64,000 nucleotides of DNA, taken from positions 17,305,903-17,369,902 of the forward strand of contig CM082577.2 in the NCBI GenBank assembly GCA_040954595.2. The letters run 5' to 3'. The stretch comes from Balanoglossus misakiensis. Its lineage: Eukaryota; Animalia; Hemichordata. This document shows positions 12,001 through 21,600 of the stretch, piece by piece (positions within the stretch are counted from its first letter, which is position 1; every line of letters begins with the position of its first letter). Made by a program: the position numbers and the translations under genes. The notes below the pieces were generated by a model. It had not been told where the DNA came from. It ran no database searches and worked only from the letters and a program-made list of their open reading frames with translations.

Positions 12001-12930
12001 ATCAGGTCACCGAATTAAAAAAATAAAGAATGTTTTGCCTAAAAATGACCTTTTTGGTGCAAAAACGCAATTTTGTATTAAATCAGCTCATTCAGAGTGC
12101 ATTTTTTATAATCAGCACCATTTTTACATATAATGGAAATTTCATACATCATCAGATATCCAAATATGAAAAAATGATTTATATTTTAGATGATTGTCCA
12201 AAATTAGCTGATATCTAATAAATGTAGTATTGAACCGTTCTGTTCCCCCCCCCCCCCCTACATTATATGCCGTACGCCGATGTAAGCTAACCCGGCAGTA
12301 CTGCAGGCCGTGCCCCCAACTAACGTCGGTGTTTGAAACGCCCTGGTTAAATTCGGGCTTTCTCTATAAATTGACAGGCAATAATGCAGTCCTACCCGAA
12401 CAAATGTCGAGTGTTGACCCGCTGTGACTTTCCCTCTTCGGTTTGCCCGACTTAGCCAACGTCTTTGTACTAGAGTGTCGGGCCTTTTGCAGAGCCAGGC
12501 CGAAGGAAATCCGACTTGATCACCGTTGCTAACGAACGCTAGTGTCTGTCATGGTGTGCCGGGGTTTTAGTCGAGCCAGGCCGTAGGAGATCTGACTTGA
12601 TCATCGTGGTCAATGTACGCGTGTTTCCGCTCTAAAGTGCCGGGGCTTCAGCTAAACCAGGCCGTAGGAAATCCGACGTAATCACCGTTGATAACTTACG
12701 CCAGTCTGTGTCATATAGAGCCGATGCACCAGCCGAGTCACGCCGTAGGAAATCTGACTTGATCAACGTGGTCAATGTACGCCTGTTTCTGCTCTAGAGT
12801 GCCGGGGCTTCAGCTGAGCCAGTCCGTAGGAAACCCGACGTGATTACCGTTGTTAACTTACGCCAGTCTGTGTCCTATAGTGCCGGGGCATCAGCCGTGC
12901 CAGGCCGAAGGAAATGTGAGTTGATCAACG

Positions 12931-12965
12931 TGGTCTCTGTACGCGTGTTTCTGCTCTAGAGTGCC
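12931..12965. repeat. -162 bp deletion junction (M6/M8 fusion), copy 2
   Basis: Same fusion as at 8999. Interval is 1881 bp. Confidence 0.93.
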
Positions 12966-14342
12966 GGGGCTTTATCCAAGCCATGCCGTAGAAAATCTGA
13001 CTTGATCACCGTTGCTAACGTACGCTAGTGTCTGTCATATTGTGACGGAGATTTAGCCGAGCCAGGCCGTAGAAAAATCGACTTGTTCAACGTTACCAGT
13101 GTGCAACTGTTTCTGCTCTAGAATGTCAGGGTTTAAGCCGACTTATGCTGTAGGAAATCTGAGTTGATGAACGGGAATCCAATGTTAGAAAACCCGTGTG
13201 GAAAGTATCTCTACCCGTTTGAAACTAAGAAAAGAATTTATTCTTATTTATTTTGTAAAAAAGACAATTTTTCAAAAAAAAAGTCGAAAATGGTAATTTT
13301 GTCTTGGGTGATTCAAATTATCTCGCCTTTTCTGGAATTTGCAGCACTTTTTACAAGAGAACGACAGTTCATGCTCCATAATATTTATGAAAATGAAGAA
13401 AAGAGTTAATTTTTTATGATTTTTTAAAAATTTACCATTTTTGTCAAATATGGCCAAAATGGCTATTTTTTCTTGAATTCCGTCAATATCTCTGCATTTT
13501 TTGAGTGGTCGAAAGTTTTAACATACAATCAACATGTCATATATGATCAGGGCACCAAATTCGAAGAACAAAGGTTTTTTTATTTTATTTTCTAAAAATG
13601 ACATTTTCAAGGAAAATTTGGTAAAACGCAATTTTGTCTGCAGTGAGCCAAATTAGACGGTCTTTTGTGGAATTTGTATCGATATATACATACGAAGAGC
13701 ATTCTATACTCCATCAGATTTCCGAAAATGTAGAAAACAGTTATTTTTTGTAATTTTCAAAAATTTACCATTTTGACCAAATTGTGGCTAAAAGTGTTAT
13801 TTTTGTGTTGAATGCCGCCAGTGTCACTGCTTTTAAAAGTCATAAAACCTTTGAACATACAAGCAATTGTTTATATATGATCAGGTCACCGAATTAAAAA
13901 AATAAATAATGTTTTGCCTAAAAATGACCTTTTTGGTGCAAAAACGAATAAAACGCAATTTTGTATTAAATCAGCTCATTCAGAGTGCATTTTTTATAAT
14001 CAGCACCATTTTTACATATAATGGAAATTTCATACATCATCAGATATCCAAATATGAAAAAATGATTTAGATTTTAGATGATTGTCCAAAATTAGCTGAT
14101 ATCTAATAAATGTAGTATTGAACCGTTCTGTTCCCCCCCCCCCTACATTATATGCCGTACGCCGATGTAAGCTAACCCGGCAGTACTGCAGGCCGTGCCC
14201 CCAACTAACGTCGGTGTTTGAAACGCCCTGGTTAAATTCGGGCTTTCTCTATAAATTGACAGGCAATAATGCAGTCCTACCCGAACAAATGTCGAGTGTT
14301 GACCCGCTGTGACTTTCCCTCTTCGGTTTTCCCGACTTAGCC

Positions 14343-15221
14343 AACGTCTTTGTACTAGAGTGTCGGGTCTTTTGCAGAGCCAGGCCGAAGGAAATCCGAC
14401 TTGATCACCGTTGCTAACGAACGCTAGTGTCTGTCATGGTGTGCCGGGGTTTTAGTCGAGCCAGGCCGTAGGAGATCTGACTTGATCATCGTGGTCAATG
14501 TACGCGTGTTTCCGCTCTAAAGTGCCGGGGTTTCAGCTAAACCAGGCCGTAGGAAATCCGACGTAATCACCGTTGATAACTTACGCCAGTCTGTGTCATA
14601 TAGAGCCGGTGCACCAGCCGAGTCACGCCGTAGGAAATCTGACTTGATCAACGTGGTCAATGTACGCCTGTTTCTGCTCTAGAGTGCCGGGGCTTCAGCT
14701 GAGCCAGGCCGTAGGAAACCCGACGTGATTACCGTTGTTAACTTACGCCAGTCTGTGTCATATAGTGCCGGGGCATCAGCCGTGCCAGGCCGAAGGAAAT
14801 GTGAGTTGATCAACGTGGTCTCTGTACGCGTGTTTCTGCTCTAGAGTGCCTGGGCTTTAGCCAAGCTATGCCGTAGGAAATCTGATTTGATCAACGTTGC
14901 TACCGAACGCTAGTGTCTGTCATAGTGTGCCGGGGTTTTAGTCGAGCCAAGCCGTAGGAGATCAGACTTGATCAACATGGTCTCTGTACGCGTGTTTCTG
15001 TTCTAGAGTGCCGGGGCTTTATCCAAGCCATGCCGTAGAAAATCTGACTTGATCACCGTTGCTAACGTACGCTAGTGTCTGTCATATTGTGACGGAGATT
15101 TAGCCGAGCCAGGCCATAGAAAAATCGACTTGTTCAACGTTACCAGTGTGCAACTGTTTCTGCTCTAGAGTGTCAGGGTTTAAGCCGACTTATGCTGTAG
15201 GAAATCTGAGTTGATGAACGG
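14343..15221. repeat. GC-rich 81-bp subrepeat block (representative standard copy; one per unit): 10 complete monomers M1-M10 plus two partial monomers, alternating types forming a 162-bp dimer
   Basis: GCCG(T/A)AG(G/A)A(A/G)A recurs every 81 bp: 14384, 14465, 14546 ... 15194 (the last as GCTGTAGG). Odd monomers carry ACCGTTG(C/A/T)TAAC..GTCAT-like sequence; even monomers carry ACGTGGTC..TTTCTGCTCTAGAG-like sequence. Confidence 0.97.
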
Positions 15222-16856
15222 GAATCCAATGTTAGAAAACCCGTGTGGAAAGTATCTCTACCCGTTTGAAACTAAGAAAAGAATTTATTCTTATTTATTT
15301 TGTAAAAAAGACAATTTTTCGAAGAAAAAAAGTCGAAAATGGTAATTTTGTCTTGGGTGATTCAAATTATACCGCCTTTTCTGGAATTTGCAGCACTTTT
15401 AACAAGAGAACGACACTTCATGCTCCATAATATTTTCTGAAAATGAAGAAAAGAGTTAATTTTTATGATTTTTTAAAAATTTACAATTTTTGTCAAAATA
15501 TGGCCAAAATGGCTATTTTTTCTTGAATTCCGTCAATATCTCTGCATTTTTTGAGTGGTCGAAAGTTTTAACATACAATCAACATGTCATATATGATCAT
15601 GGCACCAAATTCGAAGAACAAAGGTTTTTTTATTATTTTTTCTAAAAATGTCATTTTCAAGGAAAATTTGGTAAAATGCAATTTTGTCTGCAGTGAGCCA
15701 AATTAGACGGTCTTTTGTGGAATTTGTATCGATATATACATACGAAGAGCATTCTATACTCCATCAGATTTCCGAAAATGTAGTAAACAGTTATTTTTTG
15801 TAATTTTCAAAAATTTACCATTTTGACCAAATTGTGGCTAAAATTGTTATTTTCGTGTTGAATGCCGCCAGTGTCACTGCTTTTAAAAGTCATAAATCCT
15901 TTGAACATACAAGCAATTGTTTATATATGATCAGGTCACCGAATTAAAAAAATAAAGAATGTTTTGCCTAAAAATGACCTTTTTGGTGCAAAAACGCAAT
16001 TTTGTATTAAATCAGCTCATTCAGAGTGCATTTTTTATAATCAGCACCATTTTTACATATAATGGAAATTTCATACATCATCAGATATCCAAATATGAAA
16101 AAATGATATAGATTTTAGATGATTGTCCAAAATTAGCTGATATCTAATAAATGTAGTATTGAACCGTTCTGTTCCCCCCCCCCCTACATTATATGCCGTA
16201 CGCCGATGTAAGCTAACCCGGCAGTACTGCAGGCCGTGCCCCCAACTAACGTCGGTGTTTGAAACGCCCTGGTTAAATTCGGGCTTTCTCTATAAATTGA
16301 CAGGCAATAATGCAGTCCTACCCGAACAAATGTCGAGTGTTGACCCGCTGTGACTTTCCCTCTTCGGTTTGCCCGACTTAGCCAACGTCTTTGTACTAGA
16401 GTGTCGGGTCTTTTGCAGGGCCAGGCCGAAGGAAATCCGACTTGATCACCGTTGCTAACGAACGCTAGTGTCTGTCATGGTGTGCCGGGGTTTTAGTCGA
16501 GCCAGGCCGTAGGAGATCTGACTTGATCATCGTGGTCAATGTACGCGTGTTTCCGCTCTAAAGTGCCGGGGCTTCAGCTAAACCAGGCCGTAGGAAATCC
16601 GACGTAATCACCGTTGATAACTTACGCCAGTCTGTGTCATATAGAGCCGGTGCACCAGCCGAGTCACGCCGTAGGAAATTTGACTTGATCAACGTGGTCA
16701 ATGTACGCCTGTTTCTGCTCTAGAGTGCCGGGGCTTCAGCTGAGCCAGGCCGTAGGAAACCCGACGTGATTACCGTTGTTAACTTACGCCAGTCTGTGTC
16801 CTATAGTGCCGGGGCATCAGCCGTGCCAGGCCGAAGGAAATGTGAGTTGATCAACG

Positions 16857-16891
16857 TGGTCTCTGTACGCGTGTTTCTGCTCTAGAGTGCC
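16857..16891. repeat. -162 bp deletion junction (M6/M8 fusion), copy 3
   Basis: Same fusion as at 8999. Interval is 1879 bp. Confidence 0.93.
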
Positions 16892-17167
16892 GGGGCTTTA
16901 TCCAAGCCATGCCGTAGAAAATCTGACTTGATCACCGTTGCTAACGTACGCTAGTGTCTGTCATATTGTGACGGAGATTTAGCCGAGCCAGGCCATAGAA
17001 AAATCGACTTGTTCAACGTTACCAGTGTGCAACTGTTTCTGCTCTAGAATGTCAGGGTTTAAGCCGACTTATGCTGTAGGAAATCTGAGTTGATGAACGG
17101 GAATCCAATGTTAGAAAACCCGTGTGGAAAGTATCTCTACCCGTTTGAAACTAAGAAAAGAATTTAT

Positions 17168-17200
17168 TAGGGGCACAAGCCTATCGGGCTTGTGCCCCTA
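17168..17200. repeat. Perfect 14-bp inverted repeat (5' hairpin of the inserted element)
   Basis: TAGGGGCACAAGCC (17168-17181), loop TATCG, GGCTTGTGCCCCTA (17187-17200). Confidence 0.97.
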
Positions 17201-17227
17201 TTGGTATTGTTGGAATATTTCTTCTTT

Positions 17228-17251
17228 ATTATTATTATTATTATTATTATT
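17228..17251. repeat. (ATT)8 microsatellite flanked by CTT units, within the element
   Basis: CTTCTTT-(ATT)8-CTTCTTCT read directly. Confidence 0.97.
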
Positions 17252-17370
17252 CTTCTTCTGAGATTTTCGGCCAGGTAGATCTGGAAAACCGCAGCACCTA
17301 GGGGGCTGAAACTTGGTAGGGTGGTGGGGGCCAATGAGTAGACGTGCAGTGGCTCGTGAATATTTAATTA

Positions 17371-18518
17371 GTCACGTGACCTGGCGGCCATATTGGATTT
17401 CCTGAAAATCGTTAAATGAGTCCTTCTCTAAAACCACTGGGCCGATCGAGTTCAAATTTGGTGTGCAGGTAGCCTACCTTATGTCCATCATTTTACCCCA
17501 TTAAAATCATGACGTCATACATAAAGTTTTTTTGCTACAATTGTTTTTCTGAAAAACTACTTAAAACTTTAAAAATCTTCTTCTCCAGAACCAGCGGTTA
17601 CCGAGTCTCGGGATTTGGGATATGTGGTCACCTAACTTATGTCTATCAAGTTTGCGAAGCGCACTGTGATTGGTCGATCATTATGGCGGCCATGTTGGAT
17701 TTTCGGAAAACCATTGAAAAATGAAAATTCCGTTTTGTAGCCAAAATGTTGACAGCACGGAAATTCTTTTTTTGGATATGAGTCATCATATGACCGGAAG
17801 TTGTCACAATTTTTCGGGGAAATTTTCACATGACCTTTGACCCAGTTTTAAAACAACTAATTATATATGCATATTCCCCATACCTCCTCTTGTCAAAGCA
17901 CCACAGTCATGAATTTTGTGGACATGGGTACCAATGCTGCCAGGACATGACACAAATATTTTGGTAATTTTGGCAATGACCCTTGACCTATTTCTGAAAC
18001 ATCATTTTTCTGCATATCTAATTCCAGGCTAACCAATAGGGCTAGAGGTCTGGTTTTAGTTGGACATGGCCCACTCTGGGGTCAAAATTTTATGCCCAAA
18101 TTTTGGGTGACCTTGGATGACCTTTGATCTACTTTCCCATGGCAATGACCCTTGACCTATTTCTGAAACATCATTTTTCTGCATATCTAATTCCAGGCTA
18201 ACCAATAGGGCTAGAGGTCTGGTTTTAGTTGGACATGGCCCACTCTGGGGTCAAAATTTTATGCCCAAATTTTGGGTGACCTTGGATGACCTTTGATCTA
18301 CTTTCCCATATCTCAGCATCCACAGCAGTTAGAGTCCTGGCTTTTGGGGGGCCGATGGAGCACATATGGAGTCTTACACAAGACCTCATTAATTATGTGC
18401 ATACATAATTGCAGGCGAACCAATAGGGCTAGGGGTCTGGTTTTTTGTTGGATCTAGACTAGTATGGGGTCCAATATTTTTGCCCAAATTTGGGGTGACC
18501 TCAGGTGACCTTTGACCT
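17371..18518. promoter_or_regulatory. Cluster of consensus transcription-factor motifs inside the element (putative; activity not shown)
   Basis: GTCACGTGAC 17371-17380, GGCCATATT and GGCCATGTT (~17386, ~17688), ATGACGTCAT 17509-17518, ATGAGTCAT 17778-17786, ACCGGAAGT 17793-17801, TGACCTTTGACCC 17831-17843, TGACCTTTGACCT 18506-18518. Confidence 0.4.
17972..18309. repeat. 169-bp direct tandem duplication inside the element (two apparently identical copies; diverged relatives extend to ~18530)
   Basis: GGCAATGACCCTTGACC...CTACTTTCCCAT at 17972-18140 and 18141-18309. A related copy AACCAATAGGGCTAGGGGTCTGG...GACCTACTTTCCCAT lies at ~18418-18528. Confidence 0.95.
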
Positions 18519-18582
18519 ACTTTCCCATATCTTGGTTTCCTAGCAGATACAGCCGTGGCATTTGCTGGTCACCATGGGAACC

Positions 18583-18611
18583 GCTTGTGCCCCGCCAACG
18601 CTGCTTGCAGC
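18583..18611 (+). repeat. 3' subterminal inverted repeat and terminal stem-loop of the element
   Basis: GCTTGTGCCCC is the exact reverse complement of 17170-17180. The GCTGCTTGCAGC hairpin ends 7 bp before the element end. Confidence 0.92.
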
Positions 18612-21600
18612 TTTAATTCTTTTTTATTTTGTAAAAAAGACAATTTTTCAAAAAAAAAGTCGAAAATGGTAATTTTGTCTTGGGTGATTCAAATTATCTC
18701 GCCTTTTCTGGAATTTGCAGCACTTTTTACAAGAGAACGACACTACATGCTCCATAATATTTCTGAAAATGAAGAAAAGAGTTAATTTTTTATGATTTTT
18801 TAAAGATTTACCATTTTTGTCAAATATGGCCAAAATGGCTATTTTTTCTTGAATTCCGTCAATATCTCTGCATTTTATGAGTGGTCGAAAGTTTTAACAT
18901 ACAATCAACATGTCATATATGATCAGGGCACCAAATTCGAAGAACAAAGGTTTTTTTATTATTTTTTCTAAAAATGACATTTTCAAGGAAAATTTGGTAA
19001 AACGCAATTTTGTCTGCAGTGAGCCAAATTAGACGGTCTTTTGTGGAATTTGTATCGATATATACATACGAAGAGCATTCTATACTCCATCAGATTTCCG
19101 AAAATGTAGAAAACAGTTATTTTTTGTAATTTTCAAAAATTTACCATTTTGACCAAATTGTGGCTAAAATTGTTATTTTCGTGTTGAATGCCGCCAGTGT
19201 CACTGCTTTTAAAAGTCATAAAACCTTTGAACATACAAGCAATTGTTTATATATGATCAGGTCACCGAAATAAAAAAATAAAGAATGTTTTGCCTAAAAA
19301 TGACCTTTTTGGTGCAAAAACGAATAAAACGCAATTTTGTATTAAATCAGCTCATTCAGAGTGCATTTTTTATAATCAGCACCATTTTTACTTATAATGG
19401 AAATTTCATACATCATGAGATATCCAAATATGAAAAAATGATTTAGATTTTAGATGATTGTCCAAAATTAGCTGATATCTAATAAATGTAGTATTGAACC
19501 GTTCTGTTCCCCCCCCCCCTACATTATATGCCGTACGCCGATGTAAGCTAACCCGGCAGTACTGCAGGCCGTGCCCCCAACTAACGTCGGTGTTTGAAAC
19601 GCCCTGGTTAAATTCGGGCTTTCTCTATAAATTGACAGGCAATAATGCAGTCCTACCCGAACAAATGTCGAGTGTTGACACGCTGTGACTTTCCCTCTTC
19701 GGTTTGCCCGACTTAGCCAACGTCTTTGTCCTAGAGTGTCGGGTCTTTTGCACTGCCAGGCCGAAGGAAATCCGACTTGATCACCGTTGCTAACGAACGC
19801 TAGTGTCTGTCATGTTGTGCCGGGGTTTTAGTCGAGCCAGGCCGTAGGAGATCTGACTTGATCATCGTGGTCAATGTACGCGTGTTTCCGCTCTAAAGTG
19901 CCGGGGCTTCAGCTAAACCAGGCCGTAGGAAATCCGACGTAATCACCGTTGATAACTTACGCCAGTCTGTGTCATATAGAGCCGGTGCACCAGCCGAGTC
20001 ACGCCGTAGGAAATCTGACTTGATCAACGTGGTCAATGTACGCCTGTTTCTGCTCTAGAGTGCCGGGGCTTCAGCTGAGCCAGGCCGTAGGAAACCCGAC
20101 GTGATTACCGTTGTTAACTTACGCCAGTCTGTGTCCTATAGTGCCGGGGCATCAGCCGTGCCAGGCCGAAGGAAATGTGAGTTGATCAACGTGGTCTCTG
20201 TACGCGTGTTTCTGCTCTAGAGTGCCTGGGCTTTAGCCAAGCTATGCCGTAGGAAATCTGACTTGATCAACGTTGCTACCGAACGCTAGTGTCTGTCATA
20301 GTGTGCCGGGGTTTTAGTCGAGCCAAGCCGTAGGAGATCAGACTTGATCAACATGGTCTCTGTACGCGTGTTTCTGCTCTAGAGTGCCGGGGCTTTATCC
20401 AAGCCATGCCGTAGAAAATCTGACTTGATCACCGTTGCTAACGTACGCTAGTGTCTGTCATATTGTGACGGAGATTTAGCCGAGCCAGGCCGTAGAAAAA
20501 TCGACTTGTTCAACGTTACCAGTGTGCAACTGTTTCTGCTCTAGAGTGTCAGGGTTTAAGCCGACTTATGCTGTAGGAAATCTGAGTTGATGAACGGGAA
20601 TCCAATGTTAGAAAACCCGTGTGGAAAGTATCTCTACCCGTTTGAAACTAAGAAAAGAATTTATTCTTATTTATTTTGTAAAAAAGACAATTTTTCGAAA
20701 AAAAGTCGAAAATGGTAATTTTGTCTTGGGTGATTCAAATTATACCGCCTTTTCTGGAATTTGCAGCACTTTTTACAAGAGAACGACACTCCATGCTCCA
20801 TAATATTTCTGAAAATGAAGAAAAGAGTTAATTTTTTATGATTTTTTAAAAATGTACCATTTTTGTTAAAATATGGCCAAAATGGCTATTTTTTCTTGAA
20901 TTCCGTCAATATCTCTGCATTTTTTGAGTGGTCGAAAGTTTTAACATACAATCAACATGTCATATATGATCAGGGCACCAAATTCGAAGAACAAAGGTTT
21001 TTTTATTATTTTTTCTAAAAATTACATTTTCAAGGAAAATTTGGTAAAATGCAATTTTGTCTGCAGTGAGCCAAATTAGACGGTCTTTTGTGGAATTTGT
21101 ATCGATATATACATACGAAGAGCATTCTATACTCCATCAGATTTCCGAAAATGTAGAAAACAGTTATTTTTTGTAATTTTCAAAAATTTACCATTTTGAC
21201 CAAATTGTGGCTAAAATTGTTATTTTCGTGTTGAATGCCGCCAGTGACACTGCTTTTAAAAGTCATAAAAACTTTGAACATACAAGCAATTGTTTATATA
21301 TGATCAGGTCACCGAATTAAAAAAATAAAGAATGTTTTGCCTAAAAATGACCTTTTTGGTGCAAAAACGCAATTTTGTATTAAATCAGCTCATTCAGAGT
21401 GCATTTTTTATAATCAGCACCATTTTTACATATAATGGAAATTTCATACATCATCAGATATCCAAATATGAAAAAATGATTTAGATTTTAGATGATTGTC
21501 CAAAATTAGCTGATATGTAATAAATATAGTATTGAACCGTTCTGTTCCCCCCCCCCTACATTATATGCCGTACGCCGATGTAAGCTAACCCGGCAGTACT

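Larger units (their letters stand above)
17169..18618 (+). mobile_element. Non-autonomous Helentron-associated element (HINE / DINE-1-like rolling-circle element), 1450 bp
   Basis: Absent from all other units (empty site GAATTTATT|CTTATTTA). It has a 5' subterminal repeat GGGGCACAAGC 17170-17180 inside a 14-bp hairpin, an (ATT)8 microsatellite, internal core repeats, a 3' inverted copy GCTTGTGCCCC 18583-18593 and a 3' stem-loop GCTGC-TT-GCAGC 18600-18611. It is inserted at a TT site and has no long ORF. This matches the known Helentron/HINE/DINE-1 layout. Boundaries are ambiguous by 3 bp because ATT occurs on both sides. Confidence 0.88.

Noticed and set aside
14407-14428. CCGTTGCTAACGAACGCTAGT as repeated Helitron 3' ends (hairpin plus CTAG)
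   Set aside because: The hairpin is only 4 bp and too close to CTAG. It occurs in a minority of monomers, and no matching 5' TC end can be defined.
17509-17829. ORFs inside the insertion as transposase or Rep/helicase remnants
   Set aside because: They are 65-71 aa with no HUH/Rep, helicase or DDE motifs. The element appears non-coding.
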